A DNA stretch of 63,746 bases, filler included, from Octopus bimaculoides (taxonomy: Eukaryota): the NCBI RefSeq assembly GCF_001194135.2. It is 5 parts of 5 records of this genome, joined end to end, with 100 filler letters (N's around TTAATTAATTAA, not from the genome) between each part and the next. Parts side by side here need not be neighbours in the genome. Positions count along the whole stretch, not along the records: positions 35,280 to 57,612 come from NC_068985.1; 4 more parts are not named here. One strand, given 5' to 3'. A program made the position numbers and the translations under genes. This document shows positions 37,863-51,299 of this stretch, one piece after another. The notes under the pieces were generated by a model that was not told the origin of the DNA, searched no databases, and worked only from the letters and a program-made list of their open reading frames with translations. Position 1 is the first letter of the stretch, and every line of letters begins with the position of its first letter.

Positions 37863-39694
37863 GAATGCTTATCGCGTTGTATCCTTCAACAAAACACTTT
37901 CTTTTGCGATGCTTCATTCTTTTGGGATGAAAATGAAAACCAGCTTTATATTGGTGCAGTTTTCCATTTTTGGGGTATACAACGAGCGAAGAAAATTAAT
38001 TTCAAGGAAATAAAACAAACGAAAGAAATATATATAGGAATTGAATGAGAAATAATGCATGTAACACATTGTGGAGACCGTTACTGTGGGATGTGTAAAA
38101 TTGAAATACGTAAATAAGGAACATCGAAAAGATGTTTGTATTTATGTGTGTGTATATGCGCGTGTAAAGGTTCTAGAATTAGCTAAAAAACATTGTGTAA
38201 AGACAAACTTGCGAAGTATAAGTGGGGTGAGGATTAAATGGAGGCCAAAATATAAAAACGATGGAATTAGGAAAGTAAAATTCACAACAGACAAGCCAAT
38301 AGTAAGCGTAGTATCAAAGTCGTTTGGTATGAGCTATACAATTGCGGGTGCATAATTTTATTGAATAAATTGGCGCTCGTAAATAACGTATATGACAATA
38401 ATTTAATAACAATTTCTATGCAGTAAATATAATATTTACAAAAGCCAATAGAAAAAAGAAGACAAACATAGACAATGAACTCGCGGTAGAGAGTAAATGA
38501 AGAATATTTCAAAACAATATTAAAAATAACATGCATTTTAACCATTTATAAAATAGTATTCATAATATTTTATAGAAACAGAACCATTTAAAATATCTTC
38601 TCTGTTAATGAACCTGTAAGCCAATGAATGAATTTCTCGTCATAATTAGGATTTACAAATTCATATGTAATACTGTAAATTGTAAATACTGATGTTCTGT
38701 TGGTTGTTGAGGACATTGCAGTATTACATTGTGTAGTCGGTTAACTATGCACTTACGAAACGGAGCCATTGCTACGCATTACATCAAACAATAGAATTCT
38801 GTGATTTGTTGATATTATTTTACTGTATCCTGTGAAGCATCAAAAGGTGGTGGTGGGGGGTGAAGGGGAGGAGGTGGATGAAGGGGAGGAGGGGATGAAG
38901 AGGAGGAGGTGGAGGAGGAGGAGGAGAAGGAGAAGGAGGAGGGGAGGNNNNNNNNNNCGGGAAGAAGAAATTAATTATGATGATGAGGGAGACAAAATAT
39001 TTAATTAGAGGATATGTTAACCTCATGAAGGGATGGTTGCATCCAAGGAAATACTGCTTCAATACCTAGTATTTTGGGGGAATGAAATTCCCTTAAAACA
39101 ATAGGTGTATATTAAGAATATAGTTTATATCCATTTAAAGAAGAAAAGTAAATGGAGATAAGGAAGTTAATAATTGTTTATCATTAACAAATTGGTTATC
39201 TTCGATACTTACAGCCGTTTCAAATAATACTCAATGATTTAATTACAAATTTGTACTTTAAATTTACATTTATATGGCATGAGTATAATTTCAGCAAAGA
39301 AAAAACACAAAGATGTACCTTTGGATGTTATATGCAGGCCTATTAATTCATTTTAGTAGACTAAATGTTATGCATACATGCAAGCGTGTATGTATGTATG
39401 TATGTATGATGTATGTATGTATGTATGTATGTATGTAATAATGTAAACTGAGAAAAGAGGACGAATTTAATAGGAAGAACAAAAGCGGAAAACATCAACA
39501 TCGAAAATATTTATAAAGAATTGCGTTCAATTCAGTCAATGAGTTGGCGTTGAGGTGAAAGAAGAAACGGAAGAAGCATAAAAAAACTATGAAATATCAA
39601 AAAGAAACAGGCTACTAGATTCCTCTACTAAATTATGCGCCACAACACATACAACACATACATACCCATAAATACACACACATACACACAGAGA

Positions 39695-39830
39695 CATGAA
39701 ACGGGGTCCGTACTGTTTCAGTTAAATTTTTACAACCAAGGCTCTGGTAGGTCACGGTGCCTGGCTGGAAAAGGTTTCAGTCTGGGATAGAAATCAGAGC
39801 CACATTGTTGCTAAGCAAACAACATAGCCG
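39695..39830 (-). mobile_element. SINE family A, highly diverged 5' fragment
   Basis: Residual TTTCAGTT..ACAACCAAGGCT..AGCCACATTGTTGCTAAGCAAAC similarity to the family-A head. Confidence 0.45.
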
Positions 39831-40420
39831 GAAGGACATCCAAACAAATTCTCATCATAAAATATAAAATTATGTATTAGCCGTGCGACATTTATATAAA
39901 GCTAATTACCTTCTAAAGAGATATAGCAGAAACATTAGTACTATAGTAAGAACTGTCGCCAAGATTAAAGTATTTTTTGATTGCTGATTGAAACTAGACC
40001 TCAACAGTAAAAACATTAAGTGAAGGAAGATAACCGTGAATGGAAAATAAACACACCTTTCAGCACAATTGCATTTTCACTTGTAGTAAGAGAACGCAGA
40101 GAGTATTTTGGCGACTAATAGCCATTTTATGCAGAACATTAGACTGTGAGGTTCCAGGGTCAGAACATTAGCGAATATCCTATGAAAACTGAAACTAAAT
40201 TTAGAAAGGAAAGAAGACATTAAATTGGCACAGAACCGCCTTCATTTAAATGATAAACATACATAAGACATTTAAATTTATCATGAGGTGACACACATAT
40301 AGTTATATGCATCTGTATATATACATATGTGTGTGTATAAATATATATGTATATGTATATATATACGTATATACGTAAGAATATATATATGTATATATGC
40401 ATATATATAATTAGGTACAC

Positions 40421-40461
<41 letters not shown>

Positions 40462-40463
40462 GC

Positions 40464-40513
<50 letters not shown>

Positions 40514-40780
40514 TATGAGTGTGTGTGTATTCATATACAAATATATGATTTTACCATGTCCAATAAATCCATGCCTTCTGTGATTAAAGCTTTATTGAAA
40601 ATAGGCCATTGAAAGCCAATGTAATAAAACAAGTTGAAAAAACCTAACATATGCATTCGTAATCGGCTGAAATGATCCTTAAGAGCAACGTATGTTTAAT
40701 AAATGGAAAAAATCAGAAATCATCGATTTCATCAAAAATGCTAACCTGACAAATTTGTTATTTGAAGTTAACGGAGACGG

Positions 40781-40847
40781 CTCTAATAGCACTAATAGCT
40801 CTAATAGCACTAATAGCTCTAATAGCACTAATAGCTCTAATAGCACT
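40781..40847. repeat. 18-bp tandem repeat (CTCTAATAGCACTAATAG), about 3.7 copies, built from alternating 9-mers
   Basis: Read directly from the sequence. Confidence 0.9.
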
Positions 40848-40899
40848 TTGAAAATACTCTACTAAACACTGCTTATCGCAGCTAACTATTCTGCAGAAT

Positions 40900-41490
40900 G
40901 CAGACGGGATGTGAAGACAAAACCACTTGAGAAATTTATGAAATACTTCAGACCACTTATGGATAACTAGTATGAGCAGAGCATTTGTTTTTCGCTGGCA
41001 CAAAAGGCAGAGAGGAGGTAAGAGACGATTGGGGGTTTGGGACGGAGAGAGACGTCCGAACATGAGAGGTTATAGAAAAAATTCGCAATTTTCGGGTTGA
41101 CGACCGTTGTGTATCTCTAACGACATGAAACAGTTGGGAGTTGGTGTGGTATCCGTATACTTAATTATTCATGAAGACCTCAAAATTCATGGAATGTTTT
41201 TTTTTTATTTGTTTTCCTAGGGTGTTCAGTGACAAACATCCTGGTAACCAACTACTTCTCAGAAGTGGGCATCAAAACTATCACTCACCTTCCCTACAGT
41301 CCAGACCTTGCTCCCTTGGAATTTAGGCTGTTGCCAAAGCTGAAAAGCAGACGTTTTGAAGATGAAGGCGGCTGCACCATTGACTTTCTATGGGGCCTTC
41401 ACCACAGGGGCTGGAGGATTACTACGAATATATTGACGCCAGAGGATCCTAGTTTGAAGGAGAATAGCTTTTTACATCCTGGAAATTAAT
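40900..41490 (+). mobile_element. Internally deleted mariner (Tc1/mariner) transposase remnant
   Basis: N-terminal HTH-like EIYEILQTTYG..MSRAFVFRWHKR (40919-41027); C-terminal GIKTITHLPYSPDLAP..LLPKLK (YSPDLAP at 41295-41315); terminal GS*FEGE* (=GDYFEGD*). Confidence 0.85.
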
Positions 41491-41969
41491 AATTATCTGT
41501 CATGAAAATGTCTGAATACCTCTAAANNNNNNNNNNNNNNNNNNNNNNNNNNNNNNNNNNNNNNNNNNNNNNNNNNNNNNNNNNNNNNNNNNNNNNNNNN
41601 NNNNNNNNNNNNNNNNNNNNNNNNNNNNNNNNNNNNNNNNNNNNNNNNNNNNNNNNNNNNNNNNNNNNNNNNNNNNNNNNNNNNNNNNNNNNNNNNNNNN
41701 NNNNNNNNNNNNNNNNNNNNNNNNNNNTATATATACACATGCACAAATATACATACACGCACAAGAATCTGTACGTCTGCCTGTCGTTGTTTTTCACGAG
41801 CTAATATCCAGGAGTAAATTTTCAAGAATGAATGTGTTAATATTCTTCAATTAGTGGTTTTGCTCTTGTAAAAATGTTTGTCGATAACATGACGCCGAAA
41901 TTCTAGCTTCGCATTCAATATTCCCAATGAGCTTTCGTGTTCACTTCCTCTCTCTCTCAGTCCGTCCTG

Positions 41970-42010
<41 letters not shown>

Positions 42011-42061
42011 ACTGTATCTATCTATTTATCTATTTATCTGTCTGTCTGTCTATTTGTCGCT

Positions 42062-42131
<70 letters not shown>

Positions 42132-42694
42132 TTATGTCTCACTCTATCTGCGTGTCTTGTTTCCCTCTGAGATATCATACTTTCTTTGCTAGTACTGCTT
42201 GTTAATTTACTTTCCGTAATTGAATGTCTTTTGCTTAGACTAAAATTTAGAATTTCAAGCATTTACATGCAGGACAGTTTATTATGGGTTTGCGCATGTC
42301 TGTGTATATATGTATATAGATTTACACAAGCTTATATATCATTATATGAATATATAAATACACATATATACATATATTTTTATATATCTTTTAAATTTGT
42401 TTAGGGGAAACATTTCGAATATGCAGATAAAGCTCCAATTGCATTATTCCAGGCACAGTCTAATGATGCATTGAGATGTACAAAATAATGTAGCATAAAT
42501 AGAGTATTAGTAACGATGATCCTTGGATGGAATTTATAAACATTTAATGCACAGCTATGTACGTTTCCACAAATCACAGGTCTCTTGAAATCACAGTCCA
42601 TATTCCTGGGATGATTGCAGTGTATGCCGTAGTATCCGTAGACATCGAGTAGATATACACATATATCTATCTACAGATATAACTCTTCAACCGC

Positions 42695-43230
42695 CATAAT
42701 AACAAAGTGAGATACTCTTGCTTAGACAGCAACGTATCTAACATGGCACGCATCAACAGACTTAAATATGCACCCACACAACCTCAACCTGCAACTTCCG
42801 AAACCCCACCATGTGCCCTCTGGAAGGATCTTGTCTCTCGAGGGCTGTAGTATATAGAGCTACCCTTACACCATCCGATGACATTACTAGGCATTATACG
42901 CATATGACAGCTAATGACTTCATGAGAAGATACTCCCAGCATATGCACTCGTTCAGATCGAGGGACAAAGAGATATCTATTTCCCTGTCTCGTTACTCTG
43001 GAGACTCCGTGATCTCTGAGATGAAATATCCAGCATCAAGTGGACTATTGTCGACAGAGCGCCATCATATTCACCCGGTGCCCCAAACTGCCAGCTCTGC
43101 CTCCGCGAAAAGCTGCATATCTTCAAACAGCCCGCAATATCCACCAACAAGAGATACGATTTATCGTATTGCTGTCACAGAGATATGCTCTTCTGGCAAG
43201 TTTCAGGTCTCTTATTGCCGACAACCTGGA
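42695..43230 (+). mobile_element. Penelope-like element (PLE) remnant: GIY-YIG endonuclease region
   Basis: KVRYSCL; CPLEGSCLSRAVVYRATL..YTHMTANDFMRRYSQHMHSFR..LSRY; then after a frameshift IKWTIVDRAPSYSPGAPNCQLCLREKLHI..NKRYDL..CCHR. All are characteristic PLE GIY-YIG motifs. Confidence 0.88.
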
Positions 43231-43309
43231 TACACCATCTTAGCACCAGCTGCTACTCTGCACCGCCTGCACTAAGGTCACTGCTACCAACCAACCCCAT
43301 GAACAGAGA

Positions 43310-43541
43310 ACAATGGTTTCACAGAACATCAACGGGGTCCAGTTGGATCCCAATGACCATATTTTATGTATAACATCCATATGACTGGAAATTTTTAACT
43401 CAAAATTTGTATGTGCATACATAAACTGTTGACAATAACAAGTCATGAGATACAAAATCATTTAGATAAAGAATATAAAAGTTGCCTAACTTTTAAAGTT
43501 TGCTGGGGTTCCAAGGGACCCCGCTAGTCTACGAAACGTTA
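43310..43541. mobile_element. Probable piggyBac-like MITE with palindromic subterminal inverted repeats
   Basis: CGGGGTCCAGTTGGATCCC (43333-43351) and GGGGTTCCAAGGGACCCCG (43505-43523) are imperfect inverted repeats, each a hairpin. The right end is followed by ...CGTTAA; the left end is eroded. Confidence 0.4.
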
Positions 43542-43565
43542 ATCAAATATGATTAATGGTTTGTA

Positions 43566-43605
43566 ACTGGTACTGAAGAAGGAGCAATAGCTCTTGAAAT
43601 ATACA
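43566..43605 (+). ncRNA. Degenerate hammerhead-like motif downstream of the PLE endonuclease
   Basis: CUGAAGA (43573-43579)-AGGAGC-aaua-GCUCUU-GAAA-UAUA. Stem I pairing is poor. Confidence 0.4.
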
Positions 43606-44129
43606 TATACATCAATTTCCTATTTTTCTGTCTTCGATTGTATTGTTCATGTAGTTGTATTCGTATACGAAGCCATGCAACTTTCAGTGCTGCCTATAAT
43701 TTCTACAGAAAATCTGTAGAGATAACTTTAAAAAGTACTTGTGAATTATTTCATTATGATGAAATTATCTGAAATAACCCCTTGATTATTTTCTTCGTGA
43801 TAATTTGGCCCAATGCCTTTGAGTAAACATATTTTCCTTAAAGAAGTCACCTTCTTTCCTGATTGCAATGCGGCCATCATGGCAGCTGCTTTAACTTTTG
43901 CCTGTATTTTTCATAGTTGTTCTAAAAGATGTTGTGACCAATAAAAAAATATCTCTTACATACGCCTGGTACGACTAATCAATACCAGCTTCCAATCCCA
44001 TCAATATTCGTATTCGTGCATCTTCTCCCTGAGCACCTTTGATTAACTTTCAGTCGAGGAAAGGTTTTAGCCCATTATTAGTGAGAACCTTTTTGAGTGA
44101 TTGAAGAACATGCAAGGATGTGAATAAAA

Positions 44130-44590
44130 ATATTCATACGCTATTCAGATGGGGATGCTTCTCAACCAAATAATTTCGGTTTCAGTGCCATTCTATGTCA
44201 TCTTGGGCAACTTTCTTCTTCTCTAGCCTCGGGCCGAACAATGTTTTGTGAGTGGATTTCGTAGACGGAGAATGAAAGAAGCCAATCGCATATGTGTGTG
44301 CGTGTGCATTTACATATGTATACGCGTGCGTGTGTGTATGTATGTGCATGTGTATGTGTTTGTGTGTGTGTTTGTATATGTGTGTGTGCGTGTTTGTGTT
44401 CGTCCCTCACCCCCGCTTGACAAACTGTGCTGATTTGTTCACGTCCACATAACGTAGCGGTTTGGCATGTATCATCAACAGAATAAGAACAAGAAATGGA
44501 AAAAAGTATTGGGGTCAATTTGTTCGACTAAAGCCATTCAAGATTGTGCACCGGCATGGCTGCCGTCCAATGATACAAATGAATAACAGA
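44130..44590 (+). mobile_element. SINE family A, diverged
   Basis: CTTGGGCAA..TAGCCTCGGGCCGA..GTGAGTGGATTT..CGCTTGACAA..GGGGTCAATTTGTTCGACTAAAG, colinear with family A. Confidence 0.8.
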
Positions 44591-45320
44591 TACTTGAGGA
44601 TTTGATTTTCCAGGAAAACAGTCGTTCCTTAATAATTTTACATTTTACGGAAGAAAACACGTCTCCGCAGTTATTTTGTAGTCTCAGTCACAAAACGGCA
44701 AGAGATGGAAGCACTCTTCTTTCTGGATATCTGTTATCTTTTACCATCTTTGTATACTTCTGCAATTTTTTTTTTACGACAAATTTTATTCTCAATTTAT
44801 ACAATTAAACAAAATTCGCAGTGAAACCAGTTAAAAGGCTTGAAGCATCAAGAGATCACAGGCGAGAGATGGGAGCATAGCAGAGACAGGAAATTAGAGA
44901 AAGTTTAAGATGAAAGCAACGGACAAGAAGAGTCAGCATGACTGAACACGAACGCGCAGGATGTCTATAGTAACAAGGAGGGAAATCAATAGAAGCATAG
45001 ACAGAGCACGGGCAGTGAACAGTGAACTGATTATAATCAGCAGCAACAATGAGAAGGAAGATTTCGATGAAATGATATTATCAAACAACAATAGGGAGAA
45101 AATCAGGAAGTACTGCAAGAAATGAATCCCGTACGGAACGAAAACATTACCGAACAATTACTTTGAGATATTGTCAGACAAGAACACAGGGTCGGGGAAA
45201 ATTCGGCGCTCTTTGATACGGCACCAGAATTAAGTAATATTTTTTTTTAAATATATTTTTAATTCCTTATCTAGTTCATTATCATAAAATAAAAACTAAT
45301 TTAACAATAAAACAATGCTA

Positions 45321-45493
45321 GGCGTAGGAGTGGCTGCGTGGTAAGTAGCTTCCTTACCAACCACATGGTTCCGTGTTCAGTCCCACTGCGTGGAAACTTG
45401 GGCAAGTGTCTTCTACTATAGCCTCGGGCCGACAAAAGCCTTGTGAGTGGATTTGGTAGACGGAAATTGAAAGGAGCCCTTCCTATATATATC

Positions 45494-45525
<32 letters not shown>

Positions 45526-45747
45526 CGTGTGTATGTTTGTGTGTCTGTGTTTTTCCCCCATTACTGCTTGACAACCGATGCTGGTGTATTTACGTCCCTG
45601 TGACTTAGCTGTTCGGCAAAAGGGACCGATAGAATAAGTACTAGGCTTCCAAAGAATAAGTCCTGGGGTCGATTTGCTCGACTAAAGGCGGTGCTCCAGC
45701 ATGGCCGCAGTCAAATGACTGAAACAAGTAAAAGAGTAAAAGAGTAA
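45321..45747 (+). mobile_element. SINE family A, full length, low divergence
   Basis: GGCGTAGGAGTGGCTGCGTGG head through a (TAAAAGAG)n tail; high identity to the other copies in the window. Confidence 0.92.
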
Positions 45748-45894
45748 GAAAGTATATAAATTTATGCAAAATAAAAGTGTAAAGATTTGTAAACTGTGGA
45801 ATTTCCCTAGTTCCTCACAGTCATTATAATAATGTAATACAAATTTAATTAAAGGATAGTCTTTAAAAATAAGCGGGGAGAGAATGAAAGTTAT

Positions 45895-46405
45895 ACTGGT
45901 TCAAATTTTGGCACAAGGCTAATCTTTTCGAGGTAGTCGATTACATCGCCTCTCGCACTTATTTTACCGCCCCCGAAAAGACGAAAGGCTAAGTTGCTCC
46001 TTGCAGAATTTGAACGTGAACAGGGACGAAATGCCGCTAAGAATTTTTTCCAGTGTATTTAACCATTCCGCCAGCTTACCGCCATATTAAAGTTATAATA
46101 TTATGTCTTAGTAAAAACTAGTAGAATCCCCACTGAATTTAAAAACTCACTGCTTTCATGCAGAGGGAATACAAAGCGTTATACTAAAAACTGAAAGTGA
46201 CAAATGTATTATCTATTTCTCTACTCATGGGATGCGTCAAATTTTAATGGTTCCTGATTTGGGCTCAAGGCCAACAAATTTCAGAGGAAAGTATTAACCT
46301 ATGCTATGGAACCTAGTACTTCACTGGTACTTTATCTTATTGGCCCAGGAAAGGTGAGAAGCAAATTTGACCTTATGGAATTTGAACTCAGAACGTAAAG
46401 TGCCA
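45895..46405 (-). mobile_element. Two diverged SINE family B copies (about 45895-46090 and 46250-46405)
   Basis: TTTCAAATTTTGGCACAAGG..GAATTTGAACG..; CTGGTACTTTATC..GAATTTGAACTCAGAACGTAAAG. Confidence 0.7.
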
Positions 46406-46559
46406 AATAAGGGTTCGCCAAATATTAATAAAAGATAAGAATTATTATGTATTTTGGGGGTGCAAAGTCGGAAGAAAATAATAAAAAATGCAATTCAAAA
46501 TTTATAAAATCAAGAAAATGTGAGAAGTGTAAATATTTACAGCGAATTATAATGAAATA

Positions 46560-46774
46560 TTTTTTCCTACTCTACGCACAAGGCCCGAAATTATTGGAGA
46601 AGGAGCCAGTCGATTAGATCGACCCCAGTACGCAACTGGTACTTAATTTATCGACCCAGAAAGGATGAAAGGCAAAGTCGATCTCGGCGGAATTTGAACT
46701 CAGAATGTAGACAGACGAAATACAGCTAAGCATCTCGCCCGGCATGCTAACGTTTCAACCAGTTCGCCACTTAC
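46560..46774 (-). mobile_element. SINE family B, full length, with 12-bp TSD
   Basis: Well conserved; flanked by TATAATGAAATA at 46548-46559 and 46775-46786. Confidence 0.9.
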
Positions 46775-47229
46775 TATAATGAAATACTGTTGTATTTCAG
46801 GATGGTCATTTTTTTCTTTGCCCAAATAAACACACGCACTATATATTCGTTCTTCACTCTTTTATTACTGTTCTTATTTTAATTCATGTCCATTATGACT
46901 TCTTCAGTGACCTCTTCAGCGAAACTTTCCGTCTTCGTGTGTGCTCCTGCCCCGCTTAGTCCATTCTGTTCCTTTAAAATGATATAATGACTTACAAAAT
47001 TTCTTTCGTTATTAAAATTATACCCAGAGAGGGTACAACAATCGCCCGGTGGTATTTGGTTAGATGTCCAAACAAGAACGACAAAATCTCAAGAATTATG
47101 AATTTATCAACACTGAAATCTCATTGAAAAGAAAACAGTCTGATATCTGTACTCAGGCGGAGAGCTGAGGATACATTCTTCTGCCTCAATAGACGTCATC
47201 AGCACATTAATTATCCTACCTTACCACCA

Positions 47230-47305
47230 GCATTGGGATCAATTTGTTCGACTTAAGCCCGCCAAGGCGGTGCACCAGCGTGGCCACCGTCCAATGACAC
47301 AACTG
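47230..47305 (+). mobile_element. SINE family A, 3' fragment
   Basis: GGGATCAATTTGTTCGACT..AAGGCGGTGCACCAGCGTGGCC matches the family-A 3' region. Confidence 0.65.
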
Positions 47306-47532
47306 AATAAAATGAATTTTTCAAGTCATAAATAGATAGATAGATAGATAGAAATATATACATAGAGATAGAGAGTGATGCATATCTATGTTTGTGTGTG
47401 TATATATATATATATATATATAATCATAAATATACAGGGATTAGCATTGAGTTGCTTCTCCAACATACTGAAAATTTAGAAATAGCAGTCAAAGAACTAC
47501 TGATTCTAAACTACAAATTTTTCTCTAAATGG

Positions 47533-47573
47533 ATGGCGATATTTATGGCGATATTTATGGCGATATTTATGGC
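47533..47573. repeat. 12-bp tandem repeat ATGGCGATATTT x3.4
   Basis: Read directly from the sequence. Confidence 0.9.
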
Positions 47574-48227
47574 ACACATAAAACTACTTGGCAAAATTGT
47601 TAATTATTAATTCTATTATTAATTGACGATTCCCTGCCCTTATTCTTGTATATTTTATATTTGATACCTCTAAGTTAGGTGGTTAAACCGTAATCCCTCC
47701 ACACGGGGCTTTTNNNNNNNNNNNNNNNNNNNNNNNNNNNNNNNNNNNNNNNNNNNNNNNNNNNNNNNNNNNNNNNNNNNNNNNNNNNNNNNNNNNNNNN
47801 NNNNNNNNNNNNNNNNNNNNNNNNNNNNNNNNNNNNNNNNNNNNNNNNNNNNNNNNNNNNNNNNNNNNNNNNNNNNNNNNNNNNNNNNNNNNNNNNNNNN
47901 NNNNNNNNNNNNNNNNNNNNNNNNNNNNNNNNNNNNNNNNNNNNNNNNNNNNNNNNNNNNNNNNNNNNNNNNNNNNNNNNNNNNNNNNNNNNNNNNNNNN
48001 NNNNNNNNNNNNNNNNNNNNNNNNNNNNNNNNNNNNNNNNNNNNNNNNNNNNNNNNNNNNNNNNNNNNNNNNNNNNNNNNNNNNNNNNNNNNNNNNNNNN
48101 NNNNNNNNNNNNNNNNNNNNNNNNNNNNNNNNNNNNNNNNNNNNNNNNNNNNNNNNNTAAAACTACTTGGCAAAATTGTTAATTATTAATTCTATTATTA
48201 ATTGACGATTCCCTGCCCTTATTCTTG

Positions 48228-48287
<60 letters not shown>

Positions 48288-49394
48288 TTTTGAAAAAATA
48301 TATATATATTCTCATCGAAAATGGAAAGGAGCACCAACTCCCCATGTGATGGCTTCAGAATTGTTAAAAACCCCCTCAACATGAAACCATTGGTAGCCTT
48401 GTTAAGCTACGAATGAAGAATATTTATCCGTCAGTGCTGTGTTGAGCGCAGACTTTCACCGTTTGATATATGACGAGTCCAAAATAGACCGGCTACTCAT
48501 TTCTCTGTGACTAGTTAAATGATGTAGATATCTCTGATGTGAAACCGATAAAGTGTGAAAATCGTTTCATACTCTTCATTTTACAGTCCCTGCCTCGGTT
48601 ACATGCATACAAACGTCCATCCATCCATCCATCCATCCATCCATCCATCCATCCATCCATCCATCAACCCATTCATCAATCCATCCATCCATCCATACAT
48701 ACATACATACATACACATTGGCATGCATGCATACATACGTACAAAGATACGAGTATATATATATATGTGTGGGGGGGGGTGCATGTATATATACGTTCAA
48801 ACATGCATATGTGTATATACACATATGTGTGCGTGTGTGCGTGTCTGTATGCATGGATACTCATTCATAAAAGGAAAGATAGAAACATTTATGTGTATGT
48901 GTGTGTGAGTGTGTGTGTGAGTGTGTGTGTGTGTGTGTGTGTGTACGCGCGCGTGTGTGAGTGTGTGTAGGAGTAGAAAGATAAAGAGACATAGGAAAAG
49001 CGATATAAACAGACCAAGTTTATTAAGTCTTAATCTGCTCTCTAATCCGTCTCATTTCCCAATACTATTCGATATTATGATATAATTTTCTAAAATTTTC
49101 CTTCCCGTTGAGCTCATTTTTGCTTGAGATGCATTGTGTGGGAAATTACACAAAATTACCCACAGCATAGAACAACCCATCGCTGATGTTCAGATATAAA
49201 CTCATACAGTTGAAAACGCGTGGTTAACATATTTCTCACTACTCCGTTACGCTACTCATTCCCCACATTAACTACGCAAATGCTTGATCTATTAAGCATG
49301 TAATGTTCATTCGCTTGAAGCCAATTTTATTTTTTCGTATAGCCTATGTTTTTCTCACCAATGTTATCGACGCCATATTTTTCCACTATCCAGT

Positions 49395-49396
<2 letters not shown>

Positions 49397-49488
<92 letters not shown>

Positions 49489-49509
49489 CGTGTGTGTGTG
49501 TGCGTGTGT

Positions 49510-49560
<51 letters not shown>
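49397..49560. repeat. (TG)n followed by (GATA)n
   Basis: Read directly from the sequence. Confidence 0.95.
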
Positions 49561-49625
49561 TCTTTGCACTTTTTCTCTTCTTTTAGTTTTTAACACGAAA
49601 CGCGCCATATATTTTCAATAGCAAT

Positions 49626-49694
<69 letters not shown>

Positions 49695-51299
49695 GCAACG
49701 ACAACAACAACAACAGTAACAGCAACAACAAATAAAAGCAAATAACGGCAAACATTTTATTTCACTATACACTTTCATACGAACATCCATTCATTTTTTT
49801 TCTTTCTAAATCATTTATGTACCGACAATTCGTTCTCAAGTTTTAACTCGGTGTTTTGTGTTTCAATCATAGATATTACTACATATTCAGTTAGCTGTTT
49901 ATGAAAATCTACGTAAAAATAAAAGCATTAATATATACGATGCTATTCACAACATTTCGCTCGCTGGAAACAAAAGGGTTTTCAGAAATGATTATATATA
50001 AAATTCACTCGAGCATCAAATTTGATATGCGTTTACACAAAAGACAATTGTTGACACATATATTGTCTACAATTAAAGACATTTGGAGACCAATACATGC
50101 GCATACCTGATTCTCTTTCTTTCTCTGCTGCTCTCGCTGTCCCTTCATTTCCCCTGCCTCCCTTCTTTTCTCTGCTTCTCTATACATAGATATATACGTG
50201 ACTACATACACACATGCATGTGCCTGTGTGTGTATATATATATATATGTGTGTGTGTGTGTATCTGTTTGTGTGTGTTGTAAGTGTGTATTGTAAGCGAG
50301 CACTGCTTGATAACATAATTTGCAGCCCGTCTTTAGTGCAAACTGTGTGTCTATTCCTTGCAGAGTCTCCTCGTCATCGATCATATCTATCTATACGTAA
50401 GCTTACTGCTGGTTAGATTATGAAAATATTCCGCTACAGACATTAGAGAAGATAAGACTCGGTTTGAAAAACGATGCACCCTTTTACAGTGTTCACAGTG
50501 AACCTTATGTAAATCCTGCTTGTACTAAACACATTGTGGGTCTGAGCGAAACGCTTAACAGCCAGTGGGAATTCTATGGGAGCGCTGCAGTTACAGCCCT
50601 GCAGTGGGGAATCATAGTCTAAAGGTTCCTATATAATCCCGTTCGTAGTAAAAATTAGTGAGGAAATAGATTGCTTAAAACAACACTGGGTCGCAAATCC
50701 TACTTCATTCAAGGTGATGTCGTTTCCTGTCAATAGCCAGGTGGAGGAGGAGTTCTCCTGGGGCTACAAGCTACAGTAGCATCCACCCTTAGTGGTTAGC
50801 CACATTTAAGTGGCAAATATACTTCAATATAATGTTCATTTATGACAAATGTTAACGTGCTATAATTTACCAATTGATTGCAGATCATTATTCTGTATCT
50901 ATTCTAGAATATTATCTTCTGTGAGATTTTTTTCCAACAATTTTTGCACATCATATTATGGTGATCTCTAAGAAATATTTCCACCGAGAGCGAGAAAGTA
51001 ATTTAAGAGTCTATGACGGAGTGGATGTGCACGTCCTGATATTCTAAATTCTTATAATCCATTAATGTCATTTATCACATAATCTTTATAGTATTGAATA
51101 TGATGGTGTGAAAATGTTATTTGATTATCTCTTACACTTGTTGATAGTAAATTTGTTGCTGACAATTTCTAAATCTATTCATAACCGACAGAATATTTGT
51201 TTGATATATATGATAGTTAGATGCACACTGGAAAATCAGTATTTCACAGTCTTGATACATCTCGAAGAACAAATCATGCTTTAAGATCAATGATGAGAT

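Noticed and set aside
38845-38947. G-rich (GGA/GGT)n tract as a functional G-quadruplex
   Set aside because: Ordinary low-complexity repeat beside a gap, with no contextual support.
47579-48239. 82-bp exact duplication (47579-47660 and 48158-48239)
   Set aside because: It flanks an N gap and diverges at an (AT)n run; most likely an assembly or haplotype artefact.
50357-50395. Possible micro-exon (TTGCAG...GTAAGC) reading SLLVIDHIYLY
   Set aside because: Resemblance to VFIDGHYLG is too weak and such sites occur by chance.
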